A stretch of 64,000 nucleotides of DNA from Candidatus Bathyarchaeota archaeon (GCA_963815095.1 CAWFFH010000006.1:64001-128000); one strand, 5' to 3'; shown: positions 1-9,730, counted from the stretch's first letter. Made by a program: numbers and translations. The notes: generated by a model from the letters alone, not told the origin.

Positions 1-1
1 T

Positions 2-184
2 TTAATCTCAGCAAGAAAGTTGGGCGCAGCAATTGCAACATTCTCACTGACTTATGCTTTTTGCTTCAACACATTCAACGTCATTTATTTCTCAATCTAC
101 CTGCTTAACGGAACAAGTGCAATCATAAACGCAATAGCTATCACATACATGTTCCGCAGCATTTTTAAAAAAAAGTTTAATTGA
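2..184 (+). CDS. 3' end of a membrane protein (partial, runs off window start)
   Basis: Open frame LISARKLGAAIATFSLTYAFCFNTF...MFRSIFKKKFN* with hydrophobic segments and basic tail; TGA at 182-184. Confidence 0.5.
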   Translation, partial: LISARKLGAAIATFSLTYAFCFNTFNVIYFSIYLLNGTSAIINAIAITYMFRSIFKKKFN

Positions 185-470
185 CTCACAATTTTACAAT
201 ATAATTTAAGTTCAATTATTGAAAATATAATCATGAATTGGCGAAATTTGGAAATGGCACAGAATATTAAATCTAAACCTCGTTTAGAATCTCTCGAAAA
301 AGCTTGATGTGACTGTATTATTTTGTATTCTTCCTTTCAACAAATATACTCCTGACCGGACTTACCAATTTATCGCAAAGAGTGTTAAGCACATATTGAG
401 CTGGATTTACCAATGGGAAGCAAACGTAAATATGTAATATTTCTATTACATGTAATCGTTGCTTACATGT

Positions 471-779
471 ATGTCCAAAATAGAACTGCTGTCAACGAAA
501 CTAAAGGCATTATCTCATCCAATGGCCTTGAAGATAGTAACCCTGTTGGCTAAGGAAGGCAAAGATATGTACCTAAATCAAATAGCCAAATGTATAGGAA
601 TCAACAGGGCGCTAGCAAAAATACACCTAAAAAAGCTAGAACGAGGTGGAATAGTTAAAAGTAGAGTAGTTCTGGTTGAAGGAGAAGCGCTAGCCCTCAG
701 ATACTACAAACTTGAAGACTTTAAAATCCATGTATCTCCTGAAGTACTGAAGAAGGAGGGAGAAGAATATGAAAAGTAA
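471..779 (+). CDS. ArsR/SmtB-family winged-helix transcriptional regulator
   Basis: KLKALSHPMALKIVTLL...YLNQIA...AKIHLKKLERGGIV HTH signature; ATG at 471 preferred over TTG 459. Confidence 0.85.
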   Translation: MSKIELLSTKLKALSHPMALKIVTLLAKEGKDMYLNQIAKCIGINRALAKIHLKKLERGGIVKSRVVLVEGEALALRYYKLEDFKIHVSPEVLKKEGEEYEK

Positions 780-1059
780 AAACCTAATAGTTCTAAGTGT
801 CTGGTCAGCGGTTACAATAATATTTTCGTTACTTATTTCGCTAGGAGCAATTTATAGTGATAATGCTACACAATGGCTAATAACGATGTTTGATGACTGG
901 TGGATTGTATTTTTGATAACCTTGGTCTTTACGGGTATTGTTAGTTACTTAGTCAAAGAACAGGAAGTTAACGTGCAACTCAATTTTCAAAACATTGGAA
1001 CAAAGTTAGATTCGCTCACTAAAGAAGTTGCGGAAATAAAGAAAGCAATCGAAGATTAG
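769..1059 (+). CDS. Small 2-TM membrane protein with C-terminal coiled coil, coupled to the ArsR gene
   Basis: Two hydrophobic helices, overlap with upstream ORF end, purine-rich SD-like GGAGG upstream. Confidence 0.7.
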   Translation: MKSKNLIVLSVWSAVTIIFSLLISLGAIYSDNATQWLITMFDDWWIVFLITLVFTGIVSYLVKEQEVNVQLNFQNIGTKLDSLTKEVAEIKKAIED

Positions 1060-1189
1060 ACTAAAAGATGTGCTTCAATTCTTGCTTTTCTCATTTTCTA
1101 ATGATAACCTTAACCGATTTTGTCCCTCTGAGGATAAGTCTCTATCTATATCGCCCTTGAACTTGTGGATGCTTTTGAGCTCTTATTAA

Positions 1190-1228
1190 GGGATGTTAAA
1201 TTTACACCAACGGTTAAATTCCACACGA
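1190..1228. repeat. att-like repeat, copy of 3177-3215 (35/39 identical), beginning with degenerate tRNA-Ser 3'-end sequence
   Basis: gggatgttaaatttacaccaacggttaaattccacacga vs gggatgttaggtttacacccacgtttaaattccacacga. Confidence 0.8.
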
Positions 1229-1587
1229 AACCTATTCAGCAAGGTGAGCCAGACTAGGTTTATCTCAAAAGAGTCTGAGTCCCCAGCCAAAATGCTACTT
1301 TGCCTTTGCTTTGGTAGCTTGGAGATAGATTCCAACCTCTAGAGCAGTATTTGCAAGTTGCAGTTGGAGAGTTGAGCATTTTTGGATACCTATTCCTGTC
1401 AATCAAAATTTAGATAGAGGAATTGCTAAGACTAATGCACTCGTTAAAATATCTATAATTAGATTTATGAGGATTCAATTTAAAAACTAATTAAACTATA
1501 ATAGTTAAAGCCCAATCAGACAGTGTTAGCTTAATTACGATCACATAGTCATATAAAATTAATGCCAGTTAAATTAAACTGAGTTAG

Positions 1588-2658
1588 ATGAGTGAAAAAG
1601 ACATGATTCAATGCAAGGGTTATTCTGCTCAAGACCCAAAAAGTGTTCTAAAACCGACTGAGTTTATTCGTCGCAGTCCCAGTCCTTACGACATATCAAT
1701 GGATATTCTATACTGTGGAGTTTGCCACACTGATTTGCATCAAGTACGAAATGAATGGAATGGCACTCTGTATCCCTGCATGCCAGGTCACGAGATAATT
1801 GGCCGCGTAACATCAGTAGGTAACAAAGTTACCAAATTTAACGTTGGTGACGTAAGCGGGGTAGGCTGCATGGTGGACTCGTGTCAACATTGCGAGAATT
1901 GCAACAATGGACTAGAACAATATTGCCTTAATGGCGGCCCAATTTATACATATAACAGCCCTGAAAAAGGATTTGATAGACCAACTTTCGGTGGATACTC
2001 AAACAAAATGGTAGTAACAGAAAGGTTTGTGGTGAAGATTCCAGAAAACATGGATCTCAAAGCAACGGCACCGCTGCTTTGCGCAGGAATAACCACTTTC
2101 TCACCTATGCAACACTGGAAAGTAATAGCCGGACAAAAAGTCGGTGTTGTCGGTATAGGCGGATTAGGCCACTTGGCCGTCAAAATAAGTAAAGCTAAGG
2201 GAGCAAGTGTAACTGCCTTCACCAGTTCACCCCAAAAAATGTCTGACGCAAAACGGCTTGGGGCGGAACAAGTTTTTCTGGAGACGGATGATCAAGCCAT
2301 TAAGAAGATGACAAGAACTTTTGATTTTATAATTTCAACCATTCCCCAAGCCTATGATATTAACCCTTACCTTGAGATGCTAAAAGTGAACGGTACGTTT
2401 GTTAACGTTGGCGCAATGGATCGTTTAGAACCTGGTATTAATGGATGGGCTTTAGCTTCCTCGCGTCACAGTTTAGCGGGTTCGACTATCGGCGGTATGC
2501 CTGAAACTCAAGAGGTCATCAACTTCTGCTCCGAGTGTGGCATCAAAGCGGACGTGGAGGTCATTCCGATACAGAAAATTAACGAGGCATTTGAACGCAT
2601 TAAGAGTCGTGATGTACGATATCGCTTCGTAATTGACATGTCGTCATTAACACCTTAG
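1588..2658 (+). CDS. Zn-dependent NAD(P)-dependent alcohol dehydrogenase (cinnamyl-alcohol dehydrogenase / YahK-AdhC family)
   Basis: CGVCHTD, PGHEIIG, structural Zn motif CQHCENCNNGLEQYC, APLLCAGIT, GIGGLG, YRFVID C-terminus. Confidence 0.95.
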   Translation: MSEKDMIQCKGYSAQDPKSVLKPTEFIRRSPSPYDISMDILYCGVCHTDLHQVRNEWNGTLYPCMPGHEIIGRVTSVGNKVTKFNVGDVSGVGCMVDSCQHCENCNNGLEQYCLNGGPIYTYNSPEKGFDRPTFGGYSNKMVVTERFVVKIPENMDLKATAPLLCAGITTFSPMQHWKVIAGQKVGVVGIGGLGHLAVKISKAKGASVTAFTSSPQKMSDAKRLGAEQVFLETDDQAIKKMTRTFDFIISTIPQAYDINPYLEMLKVNGTFVNVGAMDRLEPGINGWALASSRHSLAGSTIGGMPETQEVINFCSECGIKADVEVIPIQKINEAFERIKSRDVRYRFVIDMSSLTP

Positions 2659-3170
2659 AATTAGGTTTTTTTGACCGAGGTTGCTATAGAAAGACTCCTC
2701 GCTATGCTCGAAGACGAAATTATCATGCGTTGGCCCAAAATAGGGTAAGGGCGTGCTTTTAAAGCGTGATAATTAGATTCTTCAAAGTGATGAATTGTTG
2801 AAAACACTTTTTTCCTTAGAAGAGCTAATTTGTAGTGGCGGGGACAGGGTTAACCCCGGATGAGTTTGAGACCCAGGCACTCGATTGCCCATTTAAGCCT
2901 TTTTCTCCGATTTTGACCGAAGTTTAGAGCTACCGTCCCCTCATTAACGGGTTCAAAACCTTTAATGAATATTTGTTTGAATGATTTTTCAGTAAGCGCT
3001 GAGCGGGGGTGGATTCTAACGCCAATTTGCCAGTAAGAATGCATTTTGCCTGGTTCGCGTGGAATTTAAACACAAGGTCTAAAGCGGTATATGTCCAAAA
3101 CTTATGGACAAAAATTAGTCACAATGACCGAAAATAGGCTAAATATATGGCTGAATTTGAAAAATAAGCT

Positions 3171-3215
3171 TGGCGCGGGATGTTAGGTTTACACCCACGT
3201 TTAAATTCCACACGA
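3171..3215 (-). repeat. Degenerate duplicate of tRNA-Ser 3' end (att-like) plus conserved flank
   Basis: tggcgcgggatgt (13 nt) identical to 9481-9493, and acccacg in the same register as the tRNA T-arm; flank ttaaattccacacga also at 1214-1228 and inverted at about 3055-3071. Confidence 0.8.
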
Positions 3216-3373
3216 GATATCAAAAGTTACAATATCTCGAACATCGACCAGAGTGAGCCGGACCGAACTTCCCCAAACGGGGCTGAGCCTCGCTTCGTCT
3301 CCTGACAAGTCTCCAACTGCAAGCAATTCCCTTTTTCTTACAAGTGTTCAGTAATAACAAACTAAGTCTAGAG

Positions 3374-3464
3374 CTGGGGATGGGCTTTTGAGTTGAAATA
3401 CGATTCCCTACCCCGCTTAGATTTCAAGGGAGAGGTTTGCATGCATATTACCGATCCTCCAGTA
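3374..3464. repeat. About 90 bp intergenic repeat, copy 1 (copy 2 at 8761-8853)
   Basis: ctggggatgggcttttgagttgaa(a/g)tacgattccc(t/g)accc ... ttaccgatc(c/g)tccagta shared. Confidence 0.85.
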
Positions 3465-3656
3465 GTAAAACTGGTTTATAAAATTGATCATCGTTCTCCA
3501 ATAGGGGTTGGATTCGAATTCTAGATCTGCAAATTTTTTGCCTAACATACCCATTGATAATCACCTGTGTAATTCATTTTATGGAAAATTCCTTTTATAA
3601 ATTGTGAACTCTCTTTGTCAAAAGAATTATTAATCAAGCAAGCGAGTAGTGTTGGC

Positions 3657-4067
3657 ATGAAGAAATCTAACGTAATAGTGATTGCAGTTATTGCGGTTGT
3701 AGTAGTGGTCTCAGTCGTCGGCGCTATGGTTTTCACTGGAATGATGAACTCTATTTTCTCGGCCAATGGCCCCCCTGAACTCAAAGAAGCTTCTGTAGCA
3801 ATCAGTGCTGGAGGAGGATACAATAGCCAGACAGGCATGTTTGATTTGCAGATCAATGCTCAAAACATGGGACAAAAAGACGCCAAGAACGTCAGAGTTG
3901 ACGTCACCTTCTTTAATGTTGACACTCAGGCAGAATTAAAGACAGAAACAATAACTATCGGCGATGTTTCAGCAGGAGGTTCTAAGGACCTCAGTACATC
4001 TGTCCAAGTTCCAGACGGCTCACCACTGGTTTCATGCAGAACTGGCACTCCTGTATGGGACGACTAA
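3657..4067 (+). CDS. Membrane-anchored extracellular Ig-like (CARDB/FxLYD-like) protein
   Basis: MKK plus long hydrophobic N-terminal helix; NMGQKDAKNVRVDVTFF...IGDVSAGGSK beta-sandwich pattern. Confidence 0.65.
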   Translation: MKKSNVIVIAVIAVVVVVSVVGAMVFTGMMNSIFSANGPPELKEASVAISAGGGYNSQTGMFDLQINAQNMGQKDAKNVRVDVTFFNVDTQAELKTETITIGDVSAGGSKDLSTSVQVPDGSPLVSCRTGTPVWDD

Positions 4068-4288
4068 ACAAACACTGAAATTCCTTTTTTTAATTTAGCC
4101 TCAAGAAACGATTGAACAGTTGCAAAGTCTAAAGAAAAGACGGCGGACAACATCCGTATTTGATTTGATGCACGCTTTCAGGACTAAAGAAAAGTACATA
4201 TTCGCACGGGAGTACCCGCTGGGATGCGCTTAATAAGCGGATCCTTTCTCCAACATACCCGTCGGAACCCTTACAGTTTTGCTTATAT

Positions 4289-4353
4289 TGGTGCAGGGGG
4301 TGGGATTCGAACCCTCTGGGAATTGAAAAATCACCCGCGCAATCCCTTTTTTC
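4289..4353 (-). repeat. Orphan tRNA 3'-end fragment (tRNA-Leu-like T-arm, acceptor strand and CCA) with conserved tcacccgc..atcccttttt flank
   Basis: Reverse complement of 4289-4314 is GGGTTCGAATCCCACCCCCTGCACCA; no anticodon or D arm follows; related copies at 3503, 6985, 7076, 7896 and 8715. Confidence 0.85.
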
Positions 4354-4433
4354 TTTAGAGCCTGATTGTAATGCAGACTACTTGCCTAAGGTGACTGAGA
4401 GTTCCCTTCAATGAATCGTAAAGCCTAACAAGC

Positions 4434-6872
4434 TTAGCGTTTGAAAAGGTCCTCGGGAGTCATTAGACGTTGCAATATGATGTATGCTGCCTTTTTATCT
4501 AATGGTTCGTTCCCATTTCCACATTTAGGCGAGTATATGCATGATGGGCAACCTTCTTTGCATTCACAGGCTTCAATCAACTTTAACGTTTTTTCTAGTA
4601 GCGTTTTTATGTTTGAAAAGAGGTTTTCTGAAATACCAATTCCACCCTCAAAACCATCGTAAATAAAGACTGTTGCTTTTCCTGTGTCCATATGCACAGC
4701 TGTTGACATTCCACCTATATCCCATCGGTCACACATTGCAAACATTGGTGACATAGCAATAATGGCGTGTTCAAGAGCATGCAATCCACCCTCGAAATTC
4801 AAGCCTTTATCTTCTATTTCTTCTCTGATCAGTTCAGGAACAATAAACCACATACCTACCGTTGAGAAAGACGAAGAGGGCAAATCAAGCGTATGTTTTT
4901 TGATGATCACATCGTTGGATTTTACTACATATGAAGGATAATTTTCAGTGATTGTTAATTCGCCCAAAGCAGTTTCGAGGTCTTTTTTTGTTTCCTCCAA
5001 TGTTTTCTTGATTGATACTTCAACGGTTTTTTGGGTTTCAGTATAATAGTTGGTGCTCTCTTGGCGAACCTTAGCGGTGAAATTGTTGAGATCTAGTTCT
5101 TCTGAGCAGTAGGTTTCACCTTGATGTAGAAGAATTGCTCCTATATGGGTTTCTTCATAAGCCTTGTTTAAGGGAAGCGTTTCAAGAATACGCCCATTGC
5201 AAAGTACATTTACTGTCTTTCCGCTAATACTTTCAAGGTTAACAACTCTAGTTGCCTTTTCCAGCCCAGAGTAAGTCCAACCTTGAAAAGTTTTTTTCAG
5301 AAGACCTTTTTGTGCAAGGGCTTGAACGCTTTCTTTGAAGAGCTCTGGAAAATATTTTTGGTCAGAATCGGTAAGGGGCAGCTCGTCAGCTGCACACATA
5401 ATATGGCCTGAAGTAATTTGCCGATTGTGCAGATTAATGATCGCTTGTTCATGTGGTCTATCAAAGAAGTCTTGTGGATGCTTCATAAAATATTGATCAA
5501 GAGGGTTTTGGAAAGCAACCAAGGTTACGGTTGAATCATTTTTACTTCTACCTGCACGTCCAGCTTGTTGCCACGTAGAGATGACTGTCCCAGGATAACC
5601 CGAAATTATCACTGAATCCAAAGAACCTATGTCGATGCCGAGCTCTAATGCATTTGTTGAAACCAAACCGATTAAGTCCTTGGTTTTTAGACGATTCTCT
5701 ATGTCGCGTCGTTCTTGAGGAAGGTAACCTGCCCTGTAGGCAGTCACTGAACTATAAAGTTTAGGATTTCTTCGTTTTAGGTCTTCTTTAGTCCATCTTG
5801 TTATAAGCTCAGCCATTTGCCGTGAGGTTGTAAAGCAGAGGGTTTGCAAGTTTTTCATTACGCTCACTGTTAGAAGGTCTTTGGTTTCTTGATGGGTTGA
5901 GCGGCGGATTGTTTTTTGTGGGTTAATGAAAGGTGGATTCCAAAATACGAATGATTTTTTACCTCTTGGGGAGCCGTCGTTTGAAACTATTTCAAAATCT
6001 TTTCCAGTTAGTTTCTTTGCATGTTCTTGTGGATTAGCTATGGTTGCTGATGAGAGTATGATTTGGGGGTCCGAATGGTAAAAACTGCAGATTCTTAGCA
6101 GTCTTCGTAGAAGCATGGCTACGTTTGAGCCAAAAACGCCTCGGTAAACATGCGCTTCATCAAGTACGACGTAGCGTAAGTTTTGGAAAAAAGATCGCCA
6201 GAGATTATGCCAGGGAAGGTACAGATGCAAACCATAAGGGTTAGTTAAAATTATTCTGGAATTTTCCCGTATGAATGCCCGCTGCTCTTTTGGTGTGTCA
6301 CCATCGTACACGTTAGAATCTGCTTTAATGCCCGTACCTTTCTCGATTTCTTGTAAAACTTTGAGCTGATCATTTGTTAGAGCTTTTGAGGGATAAATGA
6401 AGAGTGCTGTTGCTTTTTTATCGTTTGTGAGGGCATCAAAAACGGGGATATTAAACGCCAAAGTTTTTCCTGAAGCCGTGGGGGTAGTAATAATTACATT
6501 TTTGCCTTGTCGTGCTTTGTTTATGGCTACTGCTTGATGGGAATAGAACTTAATTTTCTTATTCTGCAAATAAGTGCTTATATTTTCTGGAAGGGCTTTT
6601 TCAAGCTCTCCAAAACATGGGTCTTGTGCAGGAATTTCTTGAATGTGTGCAATAGAGTTTTGTGGGGTTTGCACTTTTTGCGGGATAATTTCTTTCTCTG
6701 GCAAGTTCACTGTTTTAGATTTTAACGAATTATTGATTGAGGAGGGTCTGAAATTATTTGGTTTGCTACCTCTTGTAAGAAAGGTGCCGCATTCTTTGCA
6801 GAATAAGCTCTGGGTATATTCCTGATGTGAGTGGGTTCTGCCACATTTTTTGCAATAGTATGAAATTGGCAA
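4434..6872 (-). CDS. SF2 DEAH helicase with DUF1998/MZB domain (Hrq1/SftH/YprA-MrfA family) and N-terminal Zn ribbon
   Basis: TPTASGKT, DEAH, SAT, YRAGY, TNALELGIDIG, QQAGRAGR, C-terminal CECKEGCPSCIYSPKC; N-terminal CKKC..CKEC. Confidence 0.95.
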   Translation of the reverse strand: MPISYYCKKCGRTHSHQEYTQSLFCKECGTFLTRGSKPNNFRPSSINNSLKSKTVNLPEKEIIPQKVQTPQNSIAHIQEIPAQDPCFGELEKALPENISTYLQNKKIKFYSHQAVAINKARQGKNVIITTPTASGKTLAFNIPVFDALTNDKKATALFIYPSKALTNDQLKVLQEIEKGTGIKADSNVYDGDTPKEQRAFIRENSRIILTNPYGLHLYLPWHNLWRSFFQNLRYVVLDEAHVYRGVFGSNVAMLLRRLLRICSFYHSDPQIILSSATIANPQEHAKKLTGKDFEIVSNDGSPRGKKSFVFWNPPFINPQKTIRRSTHQETKDLLTVSVMKNLQTLCFTTSRQMAELITRWTKEDLKRRNPKLYSSVTAYRAGYLPQERRDIENRLKTKDLIGLVSTNALELGIDIGSLDSVIISGYPGTVISTWQQAGRAGRSKNDSTVTLVAFQNPLDQYFMKHPQDFFDRPHEQAIINLHNRQITSGHIMCAADELPLTDSDQKYFPELFKESVQALAQKGLLKKTFQGWTYSGLEKATRVVNLESISGKTVNVLCNGRILETLPLNKAYEETHIGAILLHQGETYCSEELDLNNFTAKVRQESTNYYTETQKTVEVSIKKTLEETKKDLETALGELTITENYPSYVVKSNDVIIKKHTLDLPSSSFSTVGMWFIVPELIREEIEDKGLNFEGGLHALEHAIIAMSPMFAMCDRWDIGGMSTAVHMDTGKATVFIYDGFEGGIGISENLFSNIKTLLEKTLKLIEACECKEGCPSCIYSPKCGNGNEPLDKKAAYIILQRLMTPEDLFKR

Positions 6873-6984
6873 TTCTTTCTACTTTCAATTACTTATATTG
6901 TTATAAAAGCGCTATTGCCAAAATCCGCTTTTTATGCATTCAAGTACTGGAACTATGCTCCACAATAGTCCGTTCGTTTTAACG

Positions 6985-7122
6985 TGGTGTAGGGGGTGAT
7001 ACGAACCTTCTGAGTATAGATGTTTATGCGGTAGGTTGAGTCCAAACCCAATGGCTCCAGCGAGAGCGGAACACTTTGAACCACATACCAGTGGGGATAT
7101 CACCCGCATAATCCTTTTTTCC
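6985..7122 (-). repeat. Two degenerate copies of the tRNA-3'-end-derived repeat (6985-7012 and 7076-7122)
   Basis: tggtgtagggggtg--atacgaaccttctg vs tggtgcagggggtgggattcgaaccctctg (4289); tcacccgcataatccttttttc vs tcacccgcgcaatcccttttttc. Confidence 0.7.
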
Positions 7123-7141
7123 ATACGGTGTTATGGCACGG

Positions 7142-7840
7142 TCAAATCTCAAAGCTGAAAGAAACGAAGCCGCCTTGCCTATGGGTAGAAAGCCAAAAAG
7201 TATAGTTACCAGAAGGCAAAGTGGTGTTAAAGTTAAAAAATAAAGTCTTTTCATTTCCAGGCGGTAGCTTGTAAAGGAAATTCATTGTCCAAATAGGCTG
7301 TCCCGTATTGTCTGTCTTAGTAGACTCCACCCAGTCGCTATTAATTTGTGTCACAATGGTTTGATTGTAAGCCTTAATGAATGCCGTATCAAAAGCGATT
7401 TCATAGTAGTAAGAGGATTTTGCCTCAACTGAGAATGTGAGTGGGTTAGTGCTTTCTAGTCTAAAATCGGTTATTGCCAGTTTTTCCGTTTCTTGGGATG
7501 AGAGAACAGAAGATGATAAAACAAGAGTTCCGAAAACGAGCAATGGAATTAGAACAGTAATAAGTATAGCGAAAATAGCTCTGTGCTTCTTAATAGACAG
7601 AACAATAATGCCGAGCATCCCAACCGTAATAAGTGCTGTTCCAGCTATTAGAGTGAAAAAGAAGAAAGAATTAAGCCCTGACCATTCAAGATATGAGTCG
7701 CCCAGAAATCTCTGGACTGTCAGAAGCTCAACCGACCATGTTTGCTCCCAATAGAAAACTATAAAGAAAATGGCTAAAATGACAGCGCCTAAAGCGGTTA
7801 AAGCTCCAAACAAGTACTTTGAATATTTTAAAATTAACAA
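7142..7840 (-). CDS. Hypothetical membrane protein (3 TM plus C-terminal extracellular beta domain)
   Basis: Three hydrophobic helices then LPSGNYTFWL-type Ig-like tail; likely TTG start at 7840 because the upstream ORF extension runs into a repeat. Confidence 0.65.
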   Translation of the reverse strand: MLILKYSKYLFGALTALGAVILAIFFIVFYWEQTWSVELLTVQRFLGDSYLEWSGLNSFFFFTLIAGTALITVGMLGIIVLSIKKHRAIFAILITVLIPLLVFGTLVLSSSVLSSQETEKLAITDFRLESTNPLTFSVEAKSSYYYEIAFDTAFIKAYNQTIVTQINSDWVESTKTDNTGQPIWTMNFLYKLPPGNEKTLFFNFNTTLPSGNYTFWLSTHRQGGFVSFSFEI

Positions 7841-7895
7841 TCTGTATCGTGACAGATATGATATAAGGTTTCTGAGGCACCCCCTGGCAAGTTGA

Positions 7896-7953
7896 GCAGC
7901 CGTGGCATCGAACCCTCTGTAAATGGAGATGTCACCCGCACCACCCCATTTTT
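7896..7953 (-). repeat. Degenerate copy of the tRNA-3'-end-derived repeat
   Basis: cagccgtggcatcgaaccctct...tcacccgcaccaccccattttt. Confidence 0.65.
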
Positions 7954-8046
7954 GGCTATTCAGGGGACGCACGAGAACATTTTTTCACTTATCAAGAATG
8001 AACAAACCTAATAAATTATATATTACTATTCACTACAAGAGTTGCC

Positions 8047-8703
8047 ATGAGAAAGACAGTAATCTCACTAATCACAATAGCAGCATTGGTGCTTGTATGT
8101 GGCATCCTTCCCGCAGAAGCGCAATTGGCTCAGGAAACTACAATCAGCGTTGACATGAGGTACAGCGTCGCCGACTCACCATATATGGAGCAGTATATTA
8201 CAGCTATGCCTGGTCAAGGAATTGAAATTACTCACAGACTATATAATCCATCAAACGAATCAGAATCCACCGACATACAAGTAACCTACTCCATAGTGCA
8301 GGGACAACAAATCATAAAGCGTTTTGATGTAGGTTCACGTTTCTATCCAGAAGACAATATAGCTAATGTTCTGGGAAACAATTACTTCCCATTTCAGTAC
8401 GACCTTATTCCAAATGGCACTGGAACCATTGAGATAAGATTTTACGATAACGGCACACTGCACAACATAGATGGAACAACGCGTACTTTTAGTAACGACA
8501 TGAGCTTTTCGGATATTACAATCAACATGGAAAATCCAACAAATGTGGCCTTAAATAACATACCTTTGTTTGCGTGGGTAGGACTAATTCTTCTTTCAGC
8601 TTCAACAGTTGGTCTAAGTGTAGGACTTCTTGTTATGCGAAAAAAATGGACAAAACAAGAAGAACCCACTCAAAACAACGTTTCAATTAAGTCAGTTGAT
8701 TAA
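8047..8703 (+). CDS. Secreted/surface hypothetical protein with C-terminal TM anchor
   Basis: Signal peptide MRKTVISLITIAALVLVCG..AEA; N-X-S/T sequons; TM followed by RKKW. Confidence 0.75.
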   Translation: MRKTVISLITIAALVLVCGILPAEAQLAQETTISVDMRYSVADSPYMEQYITAMPGQGIEITHRLYNPSNESESTDIQVTYSIVQGQQIIKRFDVGSRFYPEDNIANVLGNNYFPFQYDLIPNGTGTIEIRFYDNGTLHNIDGTTRTFSNDMSFSDITINMENPTNVALNNIPLFAWVGLILLSASTVGLSVGLLVMRKKWTKQEEPTQNNVSIKSVD

Positions 8704-8714
8704 GCTGATAAGAT

Positions 8715-8853
8715 CAGCCGTTGGGGATCCGAACCCTCTACATCCATGTCAGAATCTGTACTGGGGATGGGCTTTTGAGTTGAAGTACGATTCCCGACCC
8801 GTTTAAAATTCAAAAGAAAATGCTTTGATACATTATTTACCGATCGTCCAGTA
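8715..8853. repeat. tRNA-like repeat (8715-8739) followed by copy 2 of the about 90 bp repeat (8761-8853)
   Basis: cagccgttggggatccgaaccctct, then ctggggatgggcttttgagttgaagtacgattccc. Confidence 0.75.
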
Positions 8854-8925
8854 AAGGTAAATGGAGAAGTTAAATAACTTAAATTAAATAAATTCTATTT
8901 TGTTAATTCCTCAAAGGAGTGTGAA

Positions 8926-9232
8926 ATGTTTTTGACTTACATTCGTTGTTCTATAGGAAAGTGGCGTATTGACCTTTATTCTTCTGAAGCTGAGGCGATT
9001 TTTGGAAGGATAAACGATGAAGGAGTTAGACTGTTTCAGGAGCAGTCAGGGTTTATAAGTTATAGACTGATGCGGGCTAGCAATGATGTTACAGTTGCCA
9101 TCGCTGAGTGGGAATCGGAAGAACTAGGCAGGGCGGGTGCGGAGAATTACAGAAAATGGTTAAGGGCGAGCGGTATCTGGAATAAACTAGTTCTCACGAC
9201 TTATGAAGGCGAAGCTCGTAGCTTCCTCATGA
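8926..9232 (+). CDS. ABM (antibiotic biosynthesis monooxygenase-like) dimeric alpha-beta barrel protein; apparent +1 insertion near 9215 extends the ORF to 9327
   Basis: QSGFISYRLM..VAIAEWESEE; paralog of 24400-24699; removing one base gives TYEGEVVASS*, matching the paralog's TYDGDVVALS*. Confidence 0.7.
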
Positions 9233-9480
9233 ATTTGAATTCAAATTTACAGAATGAGTTGGAAAAAGAGAGATTTAATCAAGGTGCTCGAAGGATACTG
9301 GCGCAAATTTCCAGAAAAAAATGCTAAGAACGAGCGGTACCAGGCTTAACCACAAAGCTTGGGCCAAATTTGAGTTGGCGTGGCTTCAAACACTAGACCG
9401 AATGGAGTAACGCATTTATTAGGAAAATAATTTAGGCTCAGTTTCTAAAATTAACGGTAATAATCAGCTGAATTTGGAAA

Positions 9481-9567
9481 TGGCGCGGGATGTGGGAATT
9501 GAACCCACGCGGCCTTTCGACCACAGACTTAGCAGGCCTGCCCCATACCAGGCTTGGGGAATCCCGC
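9481..9567 (-). tRNA. tRNA-Ser(GCT), CCA encoded
   Basis: GCGGGAT/ATCCCGC acceptor stem, anticodon loop CT-GCT-AA, long variable arm, GGTTCAATTCC T-arm, discriminator G. Confidence 0.95.
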
Positions 9568-9730
9568 ACGCCTCAAGTTCAGCCAATCCATTATACTGTA
9601 TTTCAATTAAACCTTTCTGGGAATTAAAACTAGTGGATTCACCAAGCTATTTCCTGCACATGATTTACCATTAAATCTAAATCGGGGCACGCAAGAATAA
9701 ATAAAGAAATAACCTTTTTCAGGAATCAGT

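Noticed and set aside
245-258. aatttggaaatggc identical to 9471-9484 beside tRNA-Ser
   Set aside because: A 14-bp AT-rich match that might be another att relic, but similarity stops within the acceptor stem; insufficient alone.
4289-4360. Complete or intron-containing tRNA-Leu gene
   Set aside because: Only the T-arm and 3' acceptor strand are present; no variable, anticodon or D arm or 5' strand found nearby. A trans-spliced half cannot be formally excluded, but the break is not at a usual splice position.
9474-9674. ORFs overlapping tRNA genes (also 34864-35088 and 50807-51043) and the many antisense ORFs inside long genes
   Set aside because: Shadow ORFs explained by the real features on the same DNA.
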